Positions 1 to 10,639 of a stretch of 64,000 nt of DNA are shown here, piece after piece. The position numbers were made by a program, and so were the translations under genes. Below the pieces are notes generated by a model. It saw only the letters and a program-made list of their open reading frames with translations. It was not told where the DNA came from and made no database searches. Source of the stretch: an uncultured SAR86 cluster bacterium (GTDB taxonomy: Bacteria > Pseudomonadota > Gammaproteobacteria > Magnimaribacterales > D2472); contig CABXTT010000002.1 of assembly GCA_902515155.1 (NCBI GenBank), forward strand, positions 14,409 through 78,408. Direction: 5' to 3'. Numbering within the stretch: position 1 is the stretch's first letter; every line of letters begins with the position of its first letter.

Positions 1-354
1 GCCATCTATTGGTGCTCCCAAAGTATTCACAACTCTTCCAAGCATGGCCTCGCCGACTGGGACTTCTAGAACCTTCCCAGTGCAAACTGCTTTTTGACCC
101 TCAATAAGTTCTAAATAATCTCCTAGAACAACAGCGCCAACAGAGTCTTGCTCGAGGTTAAGCGCCATACCTTTTGTTCCATTCTCAAATTCTATAACCT
201 CACCATACATAACATCTCCCATGCCATGTATTCTTACAATACCGTCAGAGACGCTAACGATAATGCCCTCATTTTTTCTTTCTGCTGAAAGATCAAGTCC
301 AGCAATTTTTTCTTTAAGAACGCTGGAAATTTCTGATGGATTTAATTGACTCAT
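1..354 (-). CDS. atpA: ATP synthase F1 alpha subunit, N-terminal 118 codons (gene runs off the window start)
   Basis: Reverse-strand translation from ATG at 352-354 reads [44 protein letters not shown]..., a typical AtpA N-terminus. It follows atpH in the canonical atpIBEFHA order. It is absent from the ORF track because the window edge truncates it. Confidence 0.9.
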   Translation of the reverse strand, partial: MSQLNPSEISSVLKEKIAGLDLSAERKNEGIIVSVSDGIVRIHGMGDVMYGEVIEFENGTKGMALNLEQDSVGAVVLGDYLELIEGQKAVCTGKVLEVPVGEAMLGRVVNTLGAPIDG

Positions 355-363
355 TTTTTCACC

Positions 364-900
364 TTAAAAATTTAATTGGTTTACAAGTTTATTGACCTTT
401 CCTCTTATTGAAAGATCGAGTGTTTCGTCACCTACCTTTATAGATAAGCCGCCCATCATATTTGGGTCTTTTGAAAAAAATATATTTGCATCTTTGCCGT
501 ATGAAGATCTGAGTTTATTTTCAATATCTTCTTTCGCATCATCGCTTGGAGTAGTAGCAATAAAAACTTCTATAGAGTTTTGTTCTTTATGCTTTTCTAA
601 AAGTTCTTGATAGATGGAATGTATTGGCTCAAGAAGATTTAATCTTTTGTTTTCAGCTAATATTGAAAGAAGTTTTTTAGATGTTTCATCAACACTATCA
701 TCAAATAGCTTAGTTAAAATTTCTACAACCTCTTGTCTAGATAATACTGGGTCTTCAATGGTGCCCCTTATCTCCTCCGTCTTTGAAGCAGTGGCCATGA
801 TCTTTAGATCATTTGCCATTCCATCTAAGTTTTCACTCTCAAGTGCAGAAGAAAATAATGCTTTTGCGTAAGGTCTTGCAAGCGGAGTTAGTTCAATCAT
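364..900 (-). CDS. atpH: ATP synthase F1 delta (OSCP) subunit
   Basis: 178-aa ORF between atpF and atpA. Size and sequence are typical of the delta subunit. Confidence 0.9.
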   Translation of the reverse strand: MIELTPLARPYAKALFSSALESENLDGMANDLKIMATASKTEEIRGTIEDPVLSRQEVVEILTKLFDDSVDETSKKLLSILAENKRLNLLEPIHSIYQELLEKHKEQNSIEVFIATTPSDDAKEDIENKLRSSYGKDANIFFSKDPNMMGGLSIKVGDETLDLSIRGKVNKLVNQLNF

Positions 901-903
901 TAC

Positions 904-1374
904 TTATAGTTCCTCAGCAGCCTTCTTTAAAATGGCATCATGTTTCTCTGGTGATATTTCATCGCCTAGAATCTTTTGCGTTGTATCAATAATGATTTCT
1001 GACATCTGCTCTCTTAGTTCTTCTTTTGCCTTATTTGTATCGTTTTCTATAGTTTTAGAAGCTGAAGTCATAATCTTTTCTGCCTCTGCTTCTGCTTTAG
1101 AAGAAGCATCTCCAACTATTTGTGACGCTCTTGCATTTGCTTTTTCTAAAATTTCTGCTGCCTCTGCCTTTGCTTGATCCATTTCTTTGTCAAAAGCTAA
1201 TTTTGCTTCTTCAAGCGAGTCATCTGCTTTTTTTGCAGCCTCTAAACCATCAGATATCTTCTTTTCTCTTTCTTGCATTACAGCCAAGATTGGTGGATAA
1301 ACATACTTCCAACAGATAGCAACAAACACAATCATAACGACTGCTTGAGCAAGTAAGGTTGCGTTTATATTCAT
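904..1374 (-). CDS. atpF: ATP synthase Fo subunit b
   Basis: 156-aa ORF with one N-terminal TM helix and a long charged Ala/Glu/Lys-rich helix. It sits between atpE and atpH. Confidence 0.9.
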   Translation of the reverse strand: MNINATLLAQAVVMIVFVAICWKYVYPPILAVMQEREKKISDGLEAAKKADDSLEEAKLAFDKEMDQAKAEAAEILEKANARASQIVGDASSKAEAEAEKIMTSASKTIENDTNKAKEELREQMSEIIIDTTQKILGDEISPEKHDAILKKAAEEL

Positions 1375-1393
1375 GTTTAACTATTTATTTAAA

Positions 1394-2876
<1,483 letters not shown>

Positions 2877-2963
2877 AAGATTTATATTTTATGTTAATTT
2901 TTATTGCGAGAATTATAGAAATATATGGCCTTAGAAACAAGGTGTTTTTTTATTATATTTGGC

Positions 2964-3116
2964 CTAATTAGAAAGTTTTGAGATTATACTTTCGAGCTCA
3001 TCAGATGTATTGTAAGAAATAGTAATTCCCCCACTTTTCTTATTTTTTGCATCTATTTCTACCTTATGACCAAAAGATTCAGACATTTCTTGTTCGATAT
3101 TTAATAAATCTGTGTC
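2964..3116 (-). other. parB: Out-of-frame continuation encoding the normal ParB C-terminal end
   Basis: A second minus-strand frame reads ...KKDTDLLNIEQEMSESFGHKVEIDAKNKKSGGITISYNTSDELESIISKLSN and ends at TAG 2964-2966. This is the usual ParB C-terminus. The frame switches relative to the main ParB ORF somewhere in the T6/T7 runs at 3117-3155. Confidence 0.7.
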
Positions 3117-3807
3117 TTTTTTGTTTTTTTGTTGTTTTTTTAGAGATATTTTTTTGATTTGAGCCCGAATTAAGTTCTTTAACAGAAAGGTTGTTTTTAA
3201 GAATAATTTGAGCTGTTTTTAATGCCTCTTTTGCATCCATTGATGCCAAAATCTTTGCGTGCCCTTTTTCTATCTGGCCTGAAGCAAGCATTTCCAAGAT
3301 TGAGGTCGGAAGGGATAAAAGCCTTAAAGAGTTTGCAATTGTACTCCTAGCCTTTCCAGTTGATTTGGCAACTTCCTCCTGGGTGAGGCCGAATTCTCTT
3401 TTAAGTCTATCGTAACCCCTTGCCTCCTCAACTGCGTTTAAGTCCTCTCTTTGAAGGTTTTCTATAAGAGCAGACTCCAATGCATCTTGATCTTTTTTCT
3501 GATCTATAAGACATGGTATGGTTTCTAGACCAGCTTGTTTAGATGCTCTTAATCTTCTTTCGCCAGCTATAACCTCAAATTTGTTTAACCCCAGCTCTCT
3601 TACTAATATTGGCGAAAGAACGCCATGGTTTTTTATCGAGTCTGTAAGTTCTGAAAGTTTTTGTTCATTGAAGTTTGATCTTGGTTGAAACCTTCCTGCA
3701 CTTATTGAGCCTAGTTCTATCTCTTTAACACTTCTTTGATTTATTGATGAATTAGAGCCCAAAAGGGCATCTAATCCTTTATTTAGAATTTTATTTTCTT
3801 CAGACAT
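3079..3807 (-). CDS. parB: Chromosome partitioning protein ParB (frame ends prematurely; see fragment 2964..3116)
   Basis: The ORF-track frame is 3079..3897. The ParB-like sequence begins at the internal ATG 3805-3807 (MSEENKILNKGLDALLG...) and overlaps the parA stop by 8 nt. The ParB box region IAGERRLRASKQAGL is present. The tail ...KKQKRHRFIKYRTRNV before TGA 3079-3081 does not look like ParB. Confidence 0.85.
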   Translation of the reverse strand: MSEENKILNKGLDALLGSNSSINQRSVKEIELGSISAGRFQPRSNFNEQKLSELTDSIKNHGVLSPILVRELGLNKFEVIAGERRLRASKQAGLETIPCLIDQKKDQDALESALIENLQREDLNAVEEARGYDRLKREFGLTQEEVAKSTGKARSTIANSLRLLSLPTSILEMLASGQIEKGHAKILASMDAKEALKTAQIILKNNLSVKELNSGSNQKNISKKTTKKQKRHRFIKYRTRNV

Positions 3808-4561
3808 ATTCCACCTTTCTAATAAGCTCTCCAGCCAGAGCAAGATAAGCTTTTGCGCCATAAGAGTTGGGCATATATTTAATTCCTGACACTCCATGAC
3901 TTGGGGCCTCAGCTAATTTTACATTTCTTGGTATTAAGGTATTAAAAAGAAGATTTGAAAAATGTTTTTCAAGCTCATCTGAGACTTCTTTTGCTAAATT
4001 GTTTCTCATATCTACCATTGTCCTAACAATCCCAAGAACCCTGTTTGATGAAAGATTTTTATCTGAAAGTGTTTTAATTGTTTCCATTAATCCTGTGACT
4101 CCCTCAAGAGAATAATATTCACACTGAAGAGGTATTAGTGTTCCAGATGCTGCAAAGAGCGCTTCAATGGTTAATTGATTTAGAGTTGGTGGTGTGTCAA
4201 TGATTGTATAATCGTATGTGTTACTTAGTCCTTCAAGTTCTTTTGTTAAAAAAGATTGTTTATTATTTTCTCTAATTGCTACCTCAAGGGCAATGAGCTC
4301 TTGGCCGCCAGGAATAACATCATAACCATCTGATGATTTATATATACATTCGTTAATTGGGGTTTTATCAAAAAATAAGTTAAATAAATTCTTTATTTCA
4401 TTTGCTTGAATTCCTGCAGCTGTTGAAGCGTTTCCTTGAGGGTCTAGGTCTACTAATAAAACTTTTCTTTTGGTTGCTGAAAGGCTTGCCGCAAGATTAA
4501 CTGCTGTAGTGGTTTTGCCTACCCCGCCTTTTTGATTTGCTATAGCTAGAATTTTATTCAT
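3800..4561 (-). CDS. parA: Chromosome partitioning ATPase ParA/Soj
   Basis: 253-aa ORF with a deviant Walker A motif (IANQKGGVGKTT). It is in the rsmG-parA-parB context. Confidence 0.95.
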   Translation of the reverse strand: MNKILAIANQKGGVGKTTTAVNLAASLSATKRKVLLVDLDPQGNASTAAGIQANEIKNLFNLFFDKTPINECIYKSSDGYDVIPGGQELIALEVAIRENNKQSFLTKELEGLSNTYDYTIIDTPPTLNQLTIEALFAASGTLIPLQCEYYSLEGVTGLMETIKTLSDKNLSSNRVLGIVRTMVDMRNNLAKEVSDELEKHFSNLLFNTLIPRNVKLAEAPSHGVSGIKYMPNSYGAKAYLALAGELIRKVEYV

Positions 4562-5174
4562 TTAAATTTATTTCTACTAAATGCCTTTCGTGTTCACTAT
4601 CATCTGTTTTGATTATTTCATATTTATATTTATTTGTGTCCACAGAATGCAATTCTTCCTTTATTTTTTCTTCTCTTCCCTTTAATAATAGGTACCTAGA
4701 TCCTGTTTTTATATTATTTTGTGTTATTTCAATTATGTTTTGGGTTGAAGAAAAAGCTCTTGCTGTAATGACATCATAAAAACCTATATTATTTTTACTT
4801 AATAGCTTGTTGTTTATTACTTCTGTGTTTTTAAGCTTGAGCATGTCCTTCATTTTTTTGAGGAAGTATGCTTTTTTTTGTGCCTTCTCGACTAGATGAA
4901 TTTCACAATTTGCTTTAAGTATTGCTATTAAAATTCCTGGGAAACCCCCGCCTGAGCCTAGGTCTAATATTTTTGTGTTGTTCTTTATTTTTTTTATTAA
5001 AGGCATGCAGTCAATAATGTCTTTATTGAGGACATCATCAAAGCTCTCTCTTACAAATATGTTGTGTTTGTTGTTGAAGAGCAAGGCTTCATTTATAAAT
5101 AGGCGTATGTTATTTACCTCGCTTGAAGAAAGGTTTGGGATTTTTTGGATTATCTTGTTTTTTTCACTAAGCAT
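4554..5174 (-). CDS. rsmG: 16S rRNA (guanine527-N7)-methyltransferase RsmG (GidB)
   Basis: 206-aa ORF with a SAM-binding motif (LDLGSGGGFPGI), between mnmG and parA. Confidence 0.9.
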   Translation of the reverse strand: MLSEKNKIIQKIPNLSSSEVNNIRLFINEALLFNNKHNIFVRESFDDVLNKDIIDCMPLIKKIKNNTKILDLGSGGGFPGILIAILKANCEIHLVEKAQKKAYFLKKMKDMLKLKNTEVINNKLLSKNNIGFYDVITARAFSSTQNIIEITQNNIKTGSRYLLLKGREEKIKEELHSVDTNKYKYEIIKTDDSEHERHLVEINLNE

Positions 5175-7014
5175 TAATTTTTTCTAATTCGGTCTTTTTA
5201 ATATTTACCAAAATTAGGTTTATTGCTGCTGGTGTAACTCCTTCAATTAGTGAGGCTGAGCCAATAGTGTCTGGCTTGGATTTTAATAATTTTTCTACGA
5301 CCTCGTTAGACAGTCCGCTAATATTTTTGTAATCAATGTTTTCAGGTATTTTTTTTCTATTTTGTTTTTTATTTTTATTAATTTCTCTAAGTTGTTTTTC
5401 TATATAGCCCTTGTATTTTATTTCTGTTGAAGCTCTTTTAAAAAATTCAATGGTGTCTTTGTTGGTTTTAAAAATTTTTGTTTCGTCTACATCTGGTCGT
5501 GCCAATATAGAAGAGATACTTCTTTTCTCATTGAGCTCTATTGTGTTGTTTTTTTTGTTTTTAAAATTTTTTATTTTTACTTTTTCGAGCTGGTTTGTAA
5601 AAAATCTTTTGTAATCATCTTCCTTTTTTAAAAAGTTGTTTAGCCTACTTTCACAAACAATGTTTTGTTTATAGGCCTTGGTTAATAGCCTTTGCTCTGC
5701 GTTGTTTTGTGAAAGTAATAGCCTGTGTTCGGCCCTGCTGGTGAACATTCTGTATGGTTCTGTTATTCCGTGGTTTGTTAGGTCGTATATCATTACACCT
5801 ATATATGATTCGCTTCTCTCTAAAATAAACTCTTTTCTTTTTTGTATTTTGTTTGAAGCATTTATACCAGCCATCAGGCCTTGTGCTGCCGCTTCCTCGT
5901 AGCCGGTTGTTCCATTAATTTGTCCTGCAAGATAAAAATCACTTAAGAATTTTGTTTCAAGCGTTTTTTTTATGCTTCTTGGGTCGACAAAATCATACTC
6001 AACAGCATAGCCATATTCTTCTATTTTTGAATTTTCTAGGCCTTTTATAGAATAGATAAACTCTTCCTGAATTTTTTTTGGAAGGCTTGTTGATATTCCG
6101 TTTGGGTATACGAGGTCCTTGTTTATGCCTTCTGGTTCTATAAATATTTGGTGGCTTTCTTTTGATTTAAATTTATAAACCTTATCTTCGATTGAAGGAC
6201 AGTATCTTGGCCCTATTCCGCTGATGTTTCCTGAATACATTGCAGAAAGATGGGTGTTTTTGCTTATTATTTTATGTGTTTTAGGGTTTGTCCTTGTAAT
6301 ATAACAGGATAGTTGTTTTTGATGCTTTTTAACTTCCTGGGTTAGGCTCATGAAGGGAGTTGGGCTCTCTCCTGGCTGCTCCTCCATAACAGAAAGATCT
6401 AGGCTTGATAGTTTTATTCTTGCTGGTGTTCCTGTTTTTAACCTGCCCATCGGGAGTCTTAAACTGTAAAGTTTTTTTGATAAGGGTTTAGATGAGCTAT
6501 CGCCAATTCTTCCACCTTCTGTTATTTCATCTCCTTTATACATTTTGCCGTTTAAAAAAGTTCCGGTTGTTAGAATTGTCTTAGAGCCGAGAATGGTTTT
6601 ATTTTTGGTAATAACGCCTTTAACAGAATTTTTTTGAATCAATAAGTCTTCAACTTCTTCCTCAAAAATTTGTATGTTTGTTTTGCTGATAATTTTTTGG
6701 ATAGCTTTTTTGTATAAGTTTCTGTCGCATTGAACTCTTAGTGCCTGTACAGCATCTCCTTTTCTTGTATTAAGGGTTCTGTACTGTATTCCCGACATGT
6801 CTGTAGCTATAGGCATTATTCCGCCCATAGCGTCTATTTCTCTAACTATATGTGACTTACCCAACCCGCCAATAGCGGGATTGCAGGACATTTGACCGAT
6901 TTTTTCACGCTCAAATGTAACTAACGCGCATTTTAAGCCAGATCTGAAAACAGCATGTGCCGCCTCAGCACCAGCATGCCCGCCCCCAACAACAATTACA
7001 TCAAATTTATCCAT
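5167..7014 (-). CDS. mnmG: tRNA uridine-5-carboxymethylaminomethyl modification enzyme MnmG (GidA)
   Basis: 615-aa ORF with an N-terminal FAD fold (DVIVVGGGHAGAEAA) and the conserved MSCNPAIGG segment. Confidence 0.97.
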   Translation of the reverse strand: MDKFDVIVVGGGHAGAEAAHAVFRSGLKCALVTFEREKIGQMSCNPAIGGLGKSHIVREIDAMGGIMPIATDMSGIQYRTLNTRKGDAVQALRVQCDRNLYKKAIQKIISKTNIQIFEEEVEDLLIQKNSVKGVITKNKTILGSKTILTTGTFLNGKMYKGDEITEGGRIGDSSSKPLSKKLYSLRLPMGRLKTGTPARIKLSSLDLSVMEEQPGESPTPFMSLTQEVKKHQKQLSCYITRTNPKTHKIISKNTHLSAMYSGNISGIGPRYCPSIEDKVYKFKSKESHQIFIEPEGINKDLVYPNGISTSLPKKIQEEFIYSIKGLENSKIEEYGYAVEYDFVDPRSIKKTLETKFLSDFYLAGQINGTTGYEEAAAQGLMAGINASNKIQKRKEFILERSESYIGVMIYDLTNHGITEPYRMFTSRAEHRLLLSQNNAEQRLLTKAYKQNIVCESRLNNFLKKEDDYKRFFTNQLEKVKIKNFKNKKNNTIELNEKRSISSILARPDVDETKIFKTNKDTIEFFKRASTEIKYKGYIEKQLREINKNKKQNRKKIPENIDYKNISGLSNEVVEKLLKSKPDTIGSASLIEGVTPAAINLILVNIKKTELEKINA

Positions 7015-7229
7015 ATACTAATTAAAACCAATAATATCTATATTATATACTTATTGTTATTTCTATTAAGGCAATGATTTTTTGTTAATAAGTCTCATAA
7101 AACCCGCACCAAAAACAATAATTACTCTTGGTAAAAACTGTTTAAGCCTGTTTAAACCTTCGTAAAAAACATAAGCAAAACTTGTTAATAAAAAAAAAGA
7201 CCAAAAAAAGCAAACAAGATACTAACAAT

Positions 7230-8540
7230 TTATTTACCAATACAAAAAGAGCTAAAAATATCGCCCAACAAAGAGTCTGAAGTTTTTACACCAACAACAT
7301 CTCCAATATAAGCTCTCGATATTCTCAAATCTTCTGCAGCAAGCTCCATTGCATCATTGTCTAAAAGCCTTTTTTCAGCGCTTTTTAAAGAAGATATAGT
7401 TTTATTAAAAAGATCAATATGTCTTTCTCTTACAAGGTAATCGTAATCCCTAATATCCTTGTTTATAAAAGCACCCCCCAAAACCTTTTTAAAATGATCA
7501 AAACCCTCTCCTGTTTTAGCAGACACACAACAATCAAAAAGCTTTTTATCGGCTTTGGACAAATCAAGCTTATTATAAACAGCCAAAAAAACACGCTCAG
7601 CAGAAATTTCCCTAAATTTATTAATTACACCCTCATCGGAAGAGTCAAATATACCCACAACAACATCTGCCTTAGACACCTCAGAAATACCCAAATCAAT
7701 TCCCTTAGCTTCAATTAAGTCTTCTGTTTCCCTGACGCCAGCAGAGTCAGAAACAGAAAAAGACATATTATTATAAAAAACCTCCGATTCAATTAAATCC
7801 CTGGTTGTTCCAGGAACACTTGAAACCAGAGCACGCTCAAAACCAAGCAACCTGTTAAAAACTGATGACTTTCCTGAGTTAACAGGACCAATAAATAATA
7901 CCTTTTTTTTAACAGAAAGCTCTTTTTTATTCATACAAGCTCCAACAAAAAGCTCAAAGTTAGAAATTAACAACCCAAGATCTTCCACCAACATTGAATC
8001 TAAAAAATCTTCACCTTCATCAGAAAAGTCTATTTCACCCTCCACCCTAACCCTAAAAAAATCAATCTCTTTCGAAAAATCAATAACCTTTTTTGTAAAA
8101 TCACCAGCAAGAGATTGAGAAGATAAAAAGACATCTTCAGCATTGTTGCTTTCAATAATATCAGCAACAGACTCCGCTTCGTTTAAACTTAATTTATCAT
8201 TTAAAAAAGCCCTTTTTGTGAACTCACCAGGAGCAGCTTCTTCAAATCCAACCCCCTTAAAAGCCTCAACAATCAACGACATAACACCAAGACCTCCATG
8301 GCCATATACTTCAAAAGCATCTTCACCGGTGTAGCTATTTGGGCCGCTAAACGTTATAACTCCGACCTCATCAACAACCCTGCCCTGATGGAACAATTTT
8401 CTAATACAAAAAGTTTTATGTTTTTGAACAGGCTTGTTAAAAATCTTTTCTACTGCGTCAAGGCAACCCTTGCCAGAGACCCTAAAAACGCAGATGGCAG
8501 ATTGCGCCGCCGGCGTGGCTAATGCAAAAACAACAGACAA
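7230..8540 (-). CDS. mnmE: tRNA modification GTPase MnmE (TrmE)
   Basis: 436-aa ORF with G-domain motifs (GPVNSGKSS, VPGTTRD, DSAG) and the canonical C-terminal FCIGK. The start appears to be TTG. Confidence 0.95.
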   Translation of the reverse strand: MSVVFALATPAAQSAICVFRVSGKGCLDAVEKIFNKPVQKHKTFCIRKLFHQGRVVDEVGVITFSGPNSYTGEDAFEVYGHGGLGVMSLIVEAFKGVGFEEAAPGEFTKRAFLNDKLSLNEAESVADIIESNNAEDVFLSSQSLAGDFTKKVIDFSKEIDFFRVRVEGEIDFSDEGEDFLDSMLVEDLGLLISNFELFVGACMNKKELSVKKKVLFIGPVNSGKSSVFNRLLGFERALVSSVPGTTRDLIESEVFYNNMSFSVSDSAGVRETEDLIEAKGIDLGISEVSKADVVVGIFDSSDEGVINKFREISAERVFLAVYNKLDLSKADKKLFDCCVSAKTGEGFDHFKKVLGGAFINKDIRDYDYLVRERHIDLFNKTISSLKSAEKRLLDNDAMELAAEDLRISRAYIGDVVGVKTSDSLLGDIFSSFCIGK

Positions 8541-8544
8541 AACA

Positions 8545-10095
8545 CTAAATTCCTGACTCTAAAGCACCAAGCTTTCTGTAAAGGTACCTTTGCTGAACCA
8601 AAGACACCCCAGAATTAACCACCGAATACAAACAAAGCCCAGCAGGGAAAAACAAAAAGAAAACACCAAACATAACTGGCATATATTGCATTACTTGCGC
8701 TTGGGTTGGGTCAGACGTTGGCGGGGCAGGATTCAATCTTTGTGTTAAAACCATAATTCCAACAAACATTATTGGAAGAACAAACACAGGGTCGGGCACT
8801 GATAGGTCAGAAATCCACAAACCCATTGGGGCATGCCTTAATTCAACCATTTCTCGAAGAGCAAAAAAGAACCCAATAAACACAGGCATTTGAACCAAAA
8901 CCGGCAAACAACCACCCAGGGGGTTAAAGCCCTCTTTCTTTTGAAGGTCTGCCATTTCCTTTTGCAGCCTTTGTCTGTCGTCTTTGTGCCTTTCACTTAT
9001 CTCTTTCATTTTAGGGCCAACTTTTCTCATTTTTGCCATAGAGGCAAAGCCCTTAGCAGTAACGCCAAAAAGCGCAATCTTTAAGAGAAGGGTAAATAAA
9101 ACTATAGAAAGAGCCCAGCTATTAACAAATCCATTCAGGAAATCCAAAAACCAAACCATGGGCTGAGATATAAACCAAAACCAACCCATCTCAATAGTTA
9201 ACTCCAAGTTCTTAGCCCTTGAGACCAAATCTTTTCTAATCTTTGGGCCAATAAAAACCCTGTGTGAGTGTTTAAATACTAAGTTTTGAGTTTCTGGTTT
9301 ATCTACAGTGTACCCCATTCTATACACACCATCAGAAGCCGGTTGAGCAAAATAATTATATACATAATCATCAGAACCTATTAGAGCTGCAAAAAAATAT
9401 TTTTGTATAAACGATATCCAACCAGACCTTGAGGACATGGAAACAGGATCATCAATTCCACTTAACCTGCTTTTAACATACCCATCGCTCGAAGTATTAA
9501 ACCCAACACCCTGATAAGAGCTTGAGTTCATCATGCCACCATCAGAAAAATTAGTCTTAAGGTCTAAGGCCATTCCTTCTGTTCTATACATTGAGGCAAA
9601 AGCCTTGCCCCCAGAACCTCTTTCGGATATATCCTCTATTTGAACTTCATAACTTGCAGGAAGAAAAGAAAAACGCTTTCTAAAACCATTCTCAGCATCA
9701 AAAAGCTCAACATAATCTTTGCCATACGAGGCCAATGAAAAACCTTTTGAGGAAGAGCTCCCAGTAAAACCTGTTTTTAAATAATACTTAAATACTCCTC
9801 GGTCATCCGAACCAAAAACCCTAACACCCAACGACCCAGTAATATTTTCAACACCATACTTTTTTAGCCTTGACTCAACAATAGCCCCGGTGGAAATAGC
9901 AATTTTAATTTCTAATAAATCATTTTCTAAAAAAATATACTCGTCGCCAGAAGAATATAGGCTGTCCCTAGCCAACACATCAACAAGCTCCATATGTTTT
10001 AACTGGACCGCAGATCTGTTTTCAGAGGTCCATTCGTAAAACAACCCCATAGAAAGAAGGACAATTAATACAACATATATTTTTCTAATATTCAT
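8545..10095 (-). CDS. yidC: Membrane protein insertase YidC
   Basis: 516-aa ORF with an N-terminal TM helix, a large periplasmic domain and a C-terminal 5-TM core (NPLGGCLPVLVQMPVFIGFF). It is in the rnpA-yidC-mnmE order. Confidence 0.95.
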   Translation of the reverse strand: MNIRKIYVVLIVLLSMGLFYEWTSENRSAVQLKHMELVDVLARDSLYSSGDEYIFLENDLLEIKIAISTGAIVESRLKKYGVENITGSLGVRVFGSDDRGVFKYYLKTGFTGSSSSKGFSLASYGKDYVELFDAENGFRKRFSFLPASYEVQIEDISERGSGGKAFASMYRTEGMALDLKTNFSDGGMMNSSSYQGVGFNTSSDGYVKSRLSGIDDPVSMSSRSGWISFIQKYFFAALIGSDDYVYNYFAQPASDGVYRMGYTVDKPETQNLVFKHSHRVFIGPKIRKDLVSRAKNLELTIEMGWFWFISQPMVWFLDFLNGFVNSWALSIVLFTLLLKIALFGVTAKGFASMAKMRKVGPKMKEISERHKDDRQRLQKEMADLQKKEGFNPLGGCLPVLVQMPVFIGFFFALREMVELRHAPMGLWISDLSVPDPVFVLPIMFVGIMVLTQRLNPAPPTSDPTQAQVMQYMPVMFGVFFLFFPAGLCLYSVVNSGVSLVQQRYLYRKLGALESGI

Positions 10096-10109
10096 TTAAA
10101 AATTTATTT

Positions 10110-10397
10110 TTACAAGTTTGCAGATTTTACAGCTTTAATGATTTCAACTGAAGCCTCAGATGGTTTTAATTCAATAAATGGTTTATAAATTAGAAAGACA
10201 AAACAGCCATGACTTTTATAAAGGTTGTTAGTTCTAAATATCTCTTTAATTCTTCTTTTGTACTTATTACGATCAACTGCAAGTTTAAAAATTTTTTTTT
10301 GTAAAGAAATTCTCAGTAGAGAAGAATCACCCCTAACAAAAAAAGCTCGAAAATTTTTAGAGGAATAAAAGTGTTTAGGAAGTTTATTAAAAGACAA
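10110..10397 (-). CDS. rnpA: Ribonuclease P protein component
   Basis: 95-aa basic ORF directly downstream of rpmH (3-nt spacer), with a TTG start. The call rests on position, size and basic composition. Confidence 0.75.
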   Translation of the reverse strand: MSFNKLPKHFYSSKNFRAFFVRGDSSLLRISLQKKIFKLAVDRNKYKRRIKEIFRTNNLYKSHGCFVFLIYKPFIELKPSEASVEIIKAVKSANL

Positions 10398-10400
10398 ACT

Positions 10401-10535
10401 TTAAGCAGTTAAGACCTTGCGGCCTTTTTTTCTTCGATTAGAAAGAATTGCACGACCGGCCTTTGTAGCCATTCTGGCCCTAAAGCCATGGGTTCTATTT
10501 CTTTTAAGTGTGCTGGGCTGAAACGTTCTTTTCAT
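10401..10535 (-). CDS. rpmH: 50S ribosomal protein L34
   Basis: Not in the ORF track because it is only 44 aa. The reverse strand reads [44 protein letters not shown], the near-invariant L34 sequence. Confidence 0.95.
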   Translation of the reverse strand: MKRTFQPSTLKRNRTHGFRARMATKAGRAILSNRRKKGRKVLTA

Positions 10536-10630
10536 AATATTCTTTCCAAAAAATCGTGGAGCATTATAGCTCAATAATTATAACAAAACATATTTTTAAA
10601 AAAAAACTGCTTTTATTTTTTATAAACAAG

Positions 10631-10639
10631 TTATCCACA
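10631..10639 (+). promoter_or_regulatory. Perfect consensus DnaA box (TTATCCACA) in the rpmH-dnaA intergenic region
   Basis: Exact 9-mer TTATCCACA, 77 nt upstream of the dnaA start. A very AT-rich tract (about 10590-10630) lies immediately before it. Confidence 0.6.

Noticed and set aside
3808-3897. N-terminal 30-codon extension of the parB ORF in the track (MECQELNICPTLMAQKL...).
   Set aside because: The extension lies entirely inside the parA coding region. ParB similarity starts at the internal ATG 3805-3807, which gives the 8-nt overlap seen at many other junctions here.
3079-4561. parA/parB as evidence that the contig is a plasmid.
   Set aside because: The context (atp operon, rsmG, mnmG, mnmE, yidC, rpmH, dnaA-dnaN-recF-gyrB) is the classical chromosomal origin region.
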